In this document: positions 18,051-26,084 of the stretch, one piece after another | How positions within the stretch are numbered: the first letter of the stretch is position 1 | Layout of the letters: each line of letters opens with the position of its first letter | Source of the DNA: Coleofasciculus sp. B1-GNL1-01 | GTDB lineage: Bacteria; Cyanobacteriota; Cyanobacteriia; Cyanobacteriales; Coleofasciculaceae | NCBI GenBank assembly: GCA_040220235.1 | Contig: JAVJTO010000167.1 | Strand: one strand, 5' to 3' | Length of the DNA stretch: 31,048 nt | Notes under the pieces: model-generated | Told to the model about the DNA's origin: nothing | Database searches by the model: none | What the model saw: the letters and a program-made list of their open reading frames with translations, nothing else | Translations under genes and position numbers: made by a program

Positions 18051-19284
18051 TAATATCTCTATCAACCCAGATTTTCAACAGTTCATCCCAATACTTCCGA
18101 ATCGAGCAGTCTGTGAATATGAACTCATCTCGATAGCAGAGAATTTGGGAAGTATAGGCAGGATTCTTTTCAACGACCACAGCCCCAGCTTTTGCAGCTA
18201 TGTAACTCAGGGTTGAAAAGAATTGTCCGAATGCAGCATCCAACCAGGACTTATTCAGTCCGGACTTAGCCGACTGACCGTTGGGAAGGTTTTTCCCATC
18301 ACCATCCTGTTTGGGCGCATTGCGCTTGGTCAAACCTTTGAGGTTTAAATCCTCGCAGAAAAACACCTTCTTACCGGTTCGCACCAATTTGTGCGCGGTC
18401 TTGTACTGGAAGTCTTGACGACTCTTAGCAATGCGCTCTCTAAACCTCGCTTCTCTTTTGGCTAATTTACGGCGACGGCGAGACCCTTTTTTCTTGGAGT
18501 TTCGCTTGGTCTGTAACTTCCCCAGCCTGTCTATATTCTTCCTTAGGGGTTTAAGAGAGGGCAGGCTTTCACCTTCAGAGGTAGCAAGATACACATCCTC
18601 ATGGAGAACAGCATCGAGTCCCATTGAGTTGTCCCAAGTCGGGACTATTTTATCTGGGGTGAAGTCTGGAACAGATGGGTTGTCTAGGATGAACGAAACG
18701 TACCAGCCGTCAGACTTCTTGGTAACGCTGACCTGCTTGAGGTTAAACCCATCTAGTATCGGGCGATGAGTTCTCACCTTGACTAGCCCAATCTTGGGAA
18801 GCCTTAGGTAGAGCCAGCGACCGTTAACCGTACAGAACTTTAACCACTCGTTCTTCGCCCCGTCAAATACCATTGTCCGGTAGCGAGACTCGCTTTTTAA
18901 CCGAGGTTTACCAGAGCGTTTCCCATTCTTGTCTCCTTTGATGAACCGCTCAAATGCCTTATCAACTCGCTTGCAGACATCCTGCAAGATAGTCGAATAG
19001 ACATCGCTGAAGTCTAGGAGTTCTCCTGACCACTTAACCAGCACCAAGTCTTTCTTGATAGCAGGAAGTTGGTTTTTCTGGTTGTAATAATTAGGACGTT
19101 CCTTAAGTTCTGGGAGATGACATATCAGGGGGCAAGAGTTAACCGCAGACCTGTTGTATTCCCACCAATTCATTCGTTCGCCTAGCATCCTGTTGTACCA
19201 ATAGCGACAAACCCTCAATCCTTGGTTGAGGGAGAGCTTTTGTTTGGTACTCGGATAAAGGCGGTACTGGTAGGATGTTTTCAT
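17857..19284 (-). CDS. tnpB: RNA-guided endonuclease TnpB
   Basis: N-terminal YQYRLYP HTH_OrfB motif; RuvC I MGLD, RuvC II FCEDLNLKGL, RuvC III DRDINAAINL; GLNKSWLDAAFGQF and PAYTSQ motifs. Confidence 0.95.
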   Translation of the reverse strand: MKTSYQYRLYPSTKQKLSLNQGLRVCRYWYNRMLGERMNWWEYNRSAVNSCPLICHLPELKERPNYYNQKNQLPAIKKDLVLVKWSGELLDFSDVYSTILQDVCKRVDKAFERFIKGDKNGKRSGKPRLKSESRYRTMVFDGAKNEWLKFCTVNGRWLYLRLPKIGLVKVRTHRPILDGFNLKQVSVTKKSDGWYVSFILDNPSVPDFTPDKIVPTWDNSMGLDAVLHEDVYLATSEGESLPSLKPLRKNIDRLGKLQTKRNSKKKGSRRRRKLAKREARFRERIAKSRQDFQYKTAHKLVRTGKKVFFCEDLNLKGLTKRNAPKQDGDGKNLPNGQSAKSGLNKSWLDAAFGQFFSTLSYIAAKAGAVVVEKNPAYTSQILCYRDEFIFTDCSIRKYWDELLKIWVDRDINAAINLKRVGLDVFPTIKRRRGNPVVVSSTTNSTSKEVLTALFKASEAHAVRVTAALGTSPRLQ

Positions 19285-19501
19285 GTCTTATATTCTACCA
19301 TGTTATAGTCAGAAAGGAACGCGACAGATCTCGTTTTCAATATAGCACTGTCGCGAGGATATTAAAGTTCTTAAGCAACAAATTTGCAGACAGGATGCGA
19401 CAAAATGTTAAAGAAGAGGATGTCGAACCCTCTTCTTTAACCGCCTATCCATCCCAGCGCCGCCTTTCAGGACGGCGTGGGGCTTCCGGCGTTTTTGCTA
19501 A
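17871..19501 (-). mobile_element. Non-autonomous IS200/IS605-family element (IS1341-like, tnpB only)
   Basis: On the minus strand the left end reads CCAT|TTAGCAAAAACGCC-GGAA-G-hairpin(CCCCACGCCGTCCTGAAAGGCGGCGCTGGG). The right end reads GAAG-hairpin(CCCACGCTGTCCGGGTAACGGCAGCGCTGGG)-TACG-TCAC|. No tnpA lies between the ends. Confidence 0.85.
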
Positions 19502-19545
19502 ATGGCGCTGACTCGCATAGCCTGGAAATAAATGAATTAACTCTT

Positions 19546-19597
19546 TGAACACGTTTCAACGGGTTTTAGCTTTTAGCCCCCACTTTAGTTGAGGGCT
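19546..19597 (+). repeat. Degenerate cyanobacterial palindromic repeat
   Basis: AACACGTTTCAACGGGTT followed by AGCCCCCACTTTAGTTGAGGGCT form two imperfect hairpins. Confidence 0.5.
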
Positions 19598-19633
19598 TAA
19601 GTCAGCGACATTCCCCTTAAGTCCTTTGTCACT

Positions 19634-21238
19634 ATGCAAATTCCTAAGCAACTTTGGCGAGCGTCTCCTATCTTATTATCCCTGCTGGGTGGTATCCTGA
19701 TGGGATTAACTCCATCCCCTGTAGAAGCCTGGTCTTTGGCGTGGATTGCTTTGGTTCCCTTATGGTTCTTAGTGGTGAATCAGCCAAGTCTGCGCCAAAC
19801 GGCTTTATATGGTTTCTGCTGGGGGATTGGTTATCAAGGGTTAGCCCTATTTTGGATTACAGGTGTTCATCCCATGGATTGGATGGGAGTACCCTGGTTA
19901 GCCAGTTTAGCGATCGCGCTTTTTTGCTGGGTGTTTATTACCCTCTGGGGGACGATTCTGGTGGTGTTGTGGGCGGTGGGGATGACGGCGTTCAATTCAT
20001 TATTAAATCGTCAAGGTGCAAAGTTTAGGACAGTTACTCGCGTCTTAGTAGGAATTGCCCTCTGGTGTGGTTTAGAAGCCTTCTGGACTCTAGGAGATCT
20101 TAACTGGACATCTCTGGCTTATACCCAAAGTCCCCATAATTTATTGATTTTACACCTGGGTCAGATTTCGGGTCCGTTTACTGTCACCGCTGCTGTTGTC
20201 GCGGTGAATGGGTTAATCGCGGAAGCTGGAATTAGTTATTTTTCAAATCGAACCCAACGAATCACTGGATCTAATGCCAAGCAGAACTTTATCCTAGCAT
20301 TAGGACTCCTTGTTGGTTTCCATCTGATTGGATTTGGACTCTACAGTCGCCCGCTGATTCAACCCACTCAAGCCGCCTTCAAGGTGGGTATTATTCAAGG
20401 GAATATTCCGAACCGAATTAAACTCTATCGAGATGGTTGGAGTCGGGCAATTGAAAATTATACCAAGGGTTACAACGCCTTAGCGGATAAAGGGGTAGAG
20501 GCAGTTTTGACACCGGAAACAGCATTACCCTTTCTCTGGGATGAACAAATTAATCAATTTCGCTCACCTGTTCCCTTTTATCAATACAAACTCGATCGCT
20601 TTAAAGAGGCTATTTTAGATAAAGGTGTACTGATTTGGTTGGGGGCGTTTGGGGAAAAAGGAGATAGCCTGACGAATAGTTTATTTACGATTACAGGTAC
20701 AGGGGAAACCATCAGCCGCTATAACAAAGTCATCCTCGTCCCTTTAGGCGAATATATTCCCTTTGAGGAACTATTAGGCAGTTTAATTGATCGCCTTTCC
20801 CCCTTAGATGCCCATTTAGCCGCAGGTCAACCCAACCAACAGTTTGACACACCCTTTGGTCGTGCGATCGCGGGGATTTGTTATGAGTCTGCTTTTGCCA
20901 ACCATTTCCGCCGTCAAGCCGCTAGAGGGGGTGAATTTATTCTCAGTGCTTCCAATAATGCTCATTATAGTGAAACCATGCCCGCCCAACACCACGCCCA
21001 AGACGTGATGCGTGCCATTGAAACGGATCGTTGGGCAGTACGGGCGACGAATACGGGCTATTCTGGCATTGTCGATCCTCATGGGAGAACCTTATGGCTT
21101 TCTGGGATTAATACTTACCAGATTCATGCGGCTACAGTTTATCGGCGACAAACCCAGACGCTTTACGTGCGCTGGGGCAATTGGTTAACGCCGACATTAA
21201 TAGGATTGGCAATTGTGGCGTTTATCGTGAGTCGCTAA
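19634..21238 (+). CDS. lnt: Apolipoprotein N-acyltransferase
   Basis: Multi-TM N-terminus; nitrilase-fold triad motifs TPETA, YNKVILVPLGEYIP and ICYES; RAIETDR...RATNTGYSG. Confidence 0.96.
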   Translation: MQIPKQLWRASPILLSLLGGILMGLTPSPVEAWSLAWIALVPLWFLVVNQPSLRQTALYGFCWGIGYQGLALFWITGVHPMDWMGVPWLASLAIALFCWVFITLWGTILVVLWAVGMTAFNSLLNRQGAKFRTVTRVLVGIALWCGLEAFWTLGDLNWTSLAYTQSPHNLLILHLGQISGPFTVTAAVVAVNGLIAEAGISYFSNRTQRITGSNAKQNFILALGLLVGFHLIGFGLYSRPLIQPTQAAFKVGIIQGNIPNRIKLYRDGWSRAIENYTKGYNALADKGVEAVLTPETALPFLWDEQINQFRSPVPFYQYKLDRFKEAILDKGVLIWLGAFGEKGDSLTNSLFTITGTGETISRYNKVILVPLGEYIPFEELLGSLIDRLSPLDAHLAAGQPNQQFDTPFGRAIAGICYESAFANHFRRQAARGGEFILSASNNAHYSETMPAQHHAQDVMRAIETDRWAVRATNTGYSGIVDPHGRTLWLSGINTYQIHAATVYRRQTQTLYVRWGNWLTPTLIGLAIVAFIVSR

Positions 21239-21493
21239 TCTTGTTTGTAAGTAGGCGCTTGATTCGCCCCTGGCAAGAGGACTAAAGTTCTCACTACAAA
21301 CATCCAACATCCTGAAAGTTTGTGTAGCTGCGGTTTTAACCACCATAACTGTTTACATTTCTGGATGCTATTTGTTATATTTCAGGAAGAGGAGAATTAT
21401 CCGCCGGATTGCCTCTATCTAAGGAATGATATTTTTTATCCTCTGAACCAGTTTTAAGACCTTGGTTGTGTCTTTTTTTGTGGCTACCTGACC

Positions 21494-24400
21494 ATGAATA
21501 AATTTTGCCATACCTTCATCTCTTACGGACGAGCTGATAGTAAAGCATTTGCTACTAAACTTCATAAACGCTTGCTGAAACAAGGGTTAAAGGTTTGGTT
21601 TGACCAGAATGATATCCCCCTTGGCGTCGATTTTCAGAACCAAATTGATGATGGGATTGAGAAGGCGCATAACTTTCTATTTATCATTGCTCCCCATTCG
21701 GTGAATTCGCCCTATTGTGGTAAAGAAATTGAGCTGGCACTCAAGCTCAACAAACGGATTATTCCCTTATTGCACGTCGAGCAAATTACTCAGGAAACGT
21801 GGCAGCAGAGAAACCCGAAGGGTACGCCCCAAGACTGGGAAGTGTATCAACAGAAAGGGTTACATTCCAGCTTTCCCAATATGCACCCCGCGATCGGCAA
21901 AATTAACTGGGTCTATTTTCGCGAGGGACTCGATGATTTTGAGGCGTCTTTTGCGGGGTTAATTGATTTACTTCACTCTCATGCTGATTATGTGGATCAG
22001 CATACCCAATTTTTAGCCAAGGCGTTGGAGTGGGAGCGCCATCAAAAACAACATAGTTACCTGTTAATTGGGGAAGAACGACAGCAGGCAGAAGCTTGGT
22101 TAAAGATTCGGTTTAAAGACGAGCAACCGCCTTGTGTGCCTACGGATTTGCATTGTGAATACATCACTGAAAGTATCAAGAATGCCAATAACTTGATGAC
22201 TCAGGTGATTATCTCGTATGCTGATGAAGATAGGGCAAAGATGGAGAAAATTCGTCGTATTTTGCGGCGGAAAAGTATTACGGTTTGGACGAATACGACA
22301 GATATTAAAACCGGGGAAGTATTTGAGGAGGCGATTAAGCGGGGAATTGAACAGGCAGATAATTTAGTTTATTTGCTCTCGCCTGACTCGGTAAAGTCTG
22401 ATTATGCTCAGCGTGAACTCGACTATGCTGTATCGCTGAATAAGCGGATTATTCCTGTGTTAGTGAGAGAAACACCACCGGAACAAATACCGTCAGCGCT
22501 GCGGGAGTTGCAGTATATTGACCTCACGGACAATGTAAAGGAAGAAGATTATCATCTGGATGAAAGCCAACTATTGAGGATTCTACAGCAGGATGCGGCT
22601 TATTATAACGAGCATAAAATATTACTGACGAAGGCGCTGAAATGGAAGCGGCAGCACGAGAATCCAAGTATCCTGTTGCAGGGGTATAATTTGCGGAGTG
22701 GAGAAAGCTGGTTGAAGGTAGCAAATAAGAGAACACTGCATCCGCCGACACCGTTAATTGAAACGTTTATTGCTGAAAGTTTACGCCAACCGTTGGCTGA
22801 GTCGCTGGATGCATTTATTTCCTATTCGCGTGTGGATTCCGATTTTGCTCGCAAGCTGAATGATGAACTGCAACTTCAGGGAAAACGGACGTGGTTTGAT
22901 CAGGAAAGTATTGCATTGGGGGCGGATTTTGCCCAAGAGATACGCCAAGGAATTAAAGCCTGTGATAATTTTTTGTTTATTCTCTCACCCCGTTCTGTGA
23001 ATTCGCCTTATTGTAAAGACGAGGTGGAGTATGCGGCTTCGTTGAATAAGCGGTTCGTGACAGTGCTGCATCGAGAGGTAAATTCAAATGAACTGCATCG
23101 GGAGTTAGCGAAGGTTCAGTGGATTGATTTTAATAAGAATCAGCGGGATTTTAATGTCAATTTTCGACAATTGGTGAGAACTCTGGATACGGACAGGGAA
23201 CACTTACGCAGTCATACGAAATGGTCGCAGCGGGCAATTGAGTGGGAGGAGAAGGGGAAGAGTGCTGACTTGCTGTTGCGAGGGAGTGAGTTTGCTATTG
23301 CTGAAAATTGGTTAATGGAGGCAGAGCAACAAAAGAAACAGCCTGCCGCGACTTCATTGCAGAAGGCATTTATTGAGGCAAGTCAAAACGCGATCGTAGT
23401 AGCAGAACAAGAAGAAAAACGCCGACAAGCCACAATGCTACGTTTGCAGGAGGAGCGGATGAAGGAAGCGGAAGCACGATTGGCAGAACAGATAAAAAGT
23501 GCCAGATTACAAAAGTTATTTCTAGCTCGATTAAGTATTGCATTAGTCGCCGTTAGCATGTTTGCAGCGACCGCATTTATTCAGTACTGTAATTCAGCAC
23601 TAAACGAAATTCAAGCGATTCGTTTATCTTCAGAAGCACTATTGGCTTTAAACCAGGATCTTGACGGACTGATATCTACCTTGAGAGCATCAAAAAAAAT
23701 AAGGCAAATACCAGGCTATATTGCCTTTATTTTTAGACAAGAAGAGAAGGTTTATCTTCAAAAAAGCATCAATCGTTTATTGCAAGAAGTTGTCTATACA
23801 GTCAAAGAACGCAATCGATTAGAAAAGCATACAGATGAAGTCGTAGGTGTTAGTTTCAGCTCTGATGGTCAAACGATTGCCACGGCTAGTGCTGATCACA
23901 CTGTTAAACTCTGGAATATGGAGGGTCAAGAACTCCTAATTTCACCTCTCAAAGGACACGAAGCTTTAGTTCACAGCGTAGAATTCAGCCCTGATGGTAA
24001 GACGATCGCTACAGCTAGTTGGGATGGGACGGTTAAACTTTGGACAAGTGAAGGTAATCTAATCACAACTCTTGATGAGCATAAATTATCAGTCTATGAT
24101 GTAAGCTTCAGCCCCAATGGTAAGACACTTGCTACGGCTAGTTCAGATGGAACTGTCAAACTTTGGACAAGTGAAGGTAAACAAATCAGAACTCTTGATA
24201 GTCATAGCGCTGGAGTCTTGAATGTCAGTTTCAGTCCTGACGGCAAGACAATTGCAACTGCTAGTGCTGATACAAAGGTCATACTCTGGAGTGTAGACGG
24301 CGAGAATTTTCAAACTCTAAGTGGACATAAAGATTGGGTGTGGAGTGTAGCTTGGAGTCCTGATGGCAAAACTCTTGCGAGTGCTAGTAGAGATGGAACT

Positions 24401-25624
24401 ATTAAACTCTGGAACAAGGATAGTGAGATTAAAACTCTTAACGATCATAAAAGTTCAGTGACTAGCGTCAGTTTTAGCCCCGATAGCAAAACTCTGGCGA
24501 GTGCCAGTTCAGACAACACTGTTATCCTGTGGAGCTTAGACGGTGAGAACCTCCAAACTCTAAGTGGACATAAGGATTGGGTGTGGAGCGTAGCTTGGAG
24601 CCCTGATGGCAAAACTCTTGCGAGTGCTAGTAAAGACAAAACCGTCAAACTCTGGAAGGTAAAAGGTAAGGAACTTCAAATCCTACAGGCGCATAATAGT
24701 GCTATAAATAGCATTAGTTTTTCTGATAGCAAGATTTTTGCAACTGTCAGTTGGGATGGGACGGCTAAACTGTGGACAAATGACGGTCAAGTACTCGCAA
24801 CTCTCAAAGGACATACAGAACCAGTTTATAGCGCGAGTTTTAGTCCTAACGGCAATACTCTTGCAACTGCTAGTTGGGATCATACTGTAAAACTTTGGAG
24901 TCGGGATGGAAAAGAGCTCCAAACCTTGAGTGGACATAAAGGTAAGGTTTATAGCGTAGTCTGGAGCCCTAATGGCAAGACTCTTGCCACTGCTCATGAG
25001 GATGGATCGGTCGCGCTTTGGAGTTTGGATAGCAAGCTGCTTCAAATCATCGAGGGACACGATGATATTGTTAACAGCGTTAGTTTTAATCCTGATGGGA
25101 AGATAATTGCTACCGCAAGTTGGGACACAACTGCAAAACTGTGGACGAATGAAGGCAAACCGATCACAACTCTTGAAGGGCATACTGATGGAGTGCACAG
25201 CGTCACTTTCAGCCCTGACGGTAAACTGATCGCCACTGCCAGTGAAGACAAAACTGCTAAACTTTGGACGAGTGAAGGTCAATTTATCACAACCCTTAAA
25301 GGGCATGACGCTGGAGTCTCTAAAGTCAGTTTCAGCCCAGATAGCGAGACAATTGCAACTGCCAGCTTAGATAAAAGCGTCAAACTTTGGAGTCGTGATG
25401 GTAATGAACTGAAAACCTACAAAGGGCATGACGAGCAAGTCTATGGTCTTAGTTTCAGCCCTAATGGTCAAATTCTTGCTTCATCTGACAACGCTGGACA
25501 ATTAATCCTATTCAATTTGGACTTGGAGCCAGACGATTTAGTGCAGTATGGTTGCCAGTGGGTGCGTGATTATTTGAAAAATAATCCTAATGTTAGTAAA
25601 AGCGATCGCACTCTCTGTGATTGA
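21494..25624 (+). CDS. Triple TIR-domain, single-TM, WD40-repeat protein
   Basis: Three TIR_2 starts (FISYGRAD, IISYADED, FISYSRVD); hydrophobic segment LSIALVAVSMFAATAFI; 14 xH...V..VSFSPDG..IATAS.D.T.KLW repeats. Confidence 0.93.
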   Translation: MNKFCHTFISYGRADSKAFATKLHKRLLKQGLKVWFDQNDIPLGVDFQNQIDDGIEKAHNFLFIIAPHSVNSPYCGKEIELALKLNKRIIPLLHVEQITQETWQQRNPKGTPQDWEVYQQKGLHSSFPNMHPAIGKINWVYFREGLDDFEASFAGLIDLLHSHADYVDQHTQFLAKALEWERHQKQHSYLLIGEERQQAEAWLKIRFKDEQPPCVPTDLHCEYITESIKNANNLMTQVIISYADEDRAKMEKIRRILRRKSITVWTNTTDIKTGEVFEEAIKRGIEQADNLVYLLSPDSVKSDYAQRELDYAVSLNKRIIPVLVRETPPEQIPSALRELQYIDLTDNVKEEDYHLDESQLLRILQQDAAYYNEHKILLTKALKWKRQHENPSILLQGYNLRSGESWLKVANKRTLHPPTPLIETFIAESLRQPLAESLDAFISYSRVDSDFARKLNDELQLQGKRTWFDQESIALGADFAQEIRQGIKACDNFLFILSPRSVNSPYCKDEVEYAASLNKRFVTVLHREVNSNELHRELAKVQWIDFNKNQRDFNVNFRQLVRTLDTDREHLRSHTKWSQRAIEWEEKGKSADLLLRGSEFAIAENWLMEAEQQKKQPAATSLQKAFIEASQNAIVVAEQEEKRRQATMLRLQEERMKEAEARLAEQIKSARLQKLFLARLSIALVAVSMFAATAFIQYCNSALNEIQAIRLSSEALLALNQDLDGLISTLRASKKIRQIPGYIAFIFRQEEKVYLQKSINRLLQEVVYTVKERNRLEKHTDEVVGVSFSSDGQTIATASADHTVKLWNMEGQELLISPLKGHEALVHSVEFSPDGKTIATASWDGTVKLWTSEGNLITTLDEHKLSVYDVSFSPNGKTLATASSDGTVKLWTSEGKQIRTLDSHSAGVLNVSFSPDGKTIATASADTKVILWSVDGENFQTLSGHKDWVWSVAWSPDGKTLASASRDGTIKLWNKDSEIKTLNDHKSSVTSVSFSPDSKTLASASSDNTVILWSLDGENLQTLSGHKDWVWSVAWSPDGKTLASASKDKTVKLWKVKGKELQILQAHNSAINSISFSDSKIFATVSWDGTAKLWTNDGQVLATLKGHTEPVYSASFSPNGNTLATASWDHTVKLWSRDGKELQTLSGHKGKVYSVVWSPNGKTLATAHEDGSVALWSLDSKLLQIIEGHDDIVNSVSFNPDGKIIATASWDTTAKLWTNEGKPITTLEGHTDGVHSVTFSPDGKLIATASEDKTAKLWTSEGQFITTLKGHDAGVSKVSFSPDSETIATASLDKSVKLWSRDGNELKTYKGHDEQVYGLSFSPNGQILASSDNAGQLILFNLDLEPDDLVQYGCQWVRDYLKNNPNVSKSDRTLCD

Positions 25625-25677
25625 GTGGTAATATAGCGATATTGCGCCCCTAATCCCCTTCAAATTTGATCAAAATC

Positions 25678-25738
25678 GTAGGGGCGACCCGCCGCACAAA
25701 ATTAACACCACCCACCGATTAATTTTATCGGGTCGCCC
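25678..25738 (+). repeat. GTAG-type REP element
   Basis: GTAGGGGCGACCCG ... CGGGTCGCCC inverted repeat. Confidence 0.8.
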
Positions 25739-25758
25739 TGCGTCGGAATATCGGTAAT

Positions 25759-25904
25759 TATAGCACTACGCATTGAGGTTAGGACAATAAAATTAGGTGA
25801 AAAGGCAATAGGCAATAGGCAATAGGCAATAGGCAATAGGTAATAGGTAATAGGTAATAGGTAATAGGGGAATGTCCTAACATATACCCACCCGTAGTGC
25901 TATA
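25759..25904. mobile_element. MITE-like element with terminal inverted repeats enclosing heptamer STRRs
   Basis: TATAGCACTACG (25759-25770) and CGTAGTGCTATA (25893-25904) form a perfect 12-bp TIR. Inner GTTAGGACA/TGTCCTAAC; (GGCAATA)n(GGTAATA)n inside. Confidence 0.75.
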
Positions 25905-25927
25905 TCTGACACCGCCTAGATTTAGAC

Positions 25928-26079
25928 AGGGGCGAGTCGAGACACGAAAATTCCACCGCCACCATCAGAGCAGCGACTCGCCCCTACAACCGCGATAATC
26001 CCCACAATCCCGACAATATCTATAGCGGCTTTTCCCATCTGCCTAAACCAGAAATGATCAGAATAAAACCCGCCCCTAC
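25928..26079 (-). repeat. Two GTAG-type REP elements at the CHAT gene 3' end
   Basis: AGGGGCGAGTCG...CGACTCGCCCCTAC (25928-25986) and AAAACCCGCCCCTAC ending at 26079. Confidence 0.75.
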
Positions 26080-26084
26080 AACCT

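Noticed and set aside
19311..19324. GAAAGGAACGCG as part of a glutamine (glnA-type) riboswitch
   Set aside because: Only a short 3'-like fragment is present; the 5' strand and remaining stems are not visible.
19275..19511. 78-aa ORF divergent from tnpB as tnpA
   Set aside because: It has no HUH (HxH) or catalytic Tyr motif and simply reads through the left-end hairpin.
24445..25306. Antisense ORFs within the WD40 region (and similar ones within the ATPase, ClC, tnpB, lnt and FHA genes)
   Set aside because: They are shadow frames of well-supported genes, with no motifs of their own.
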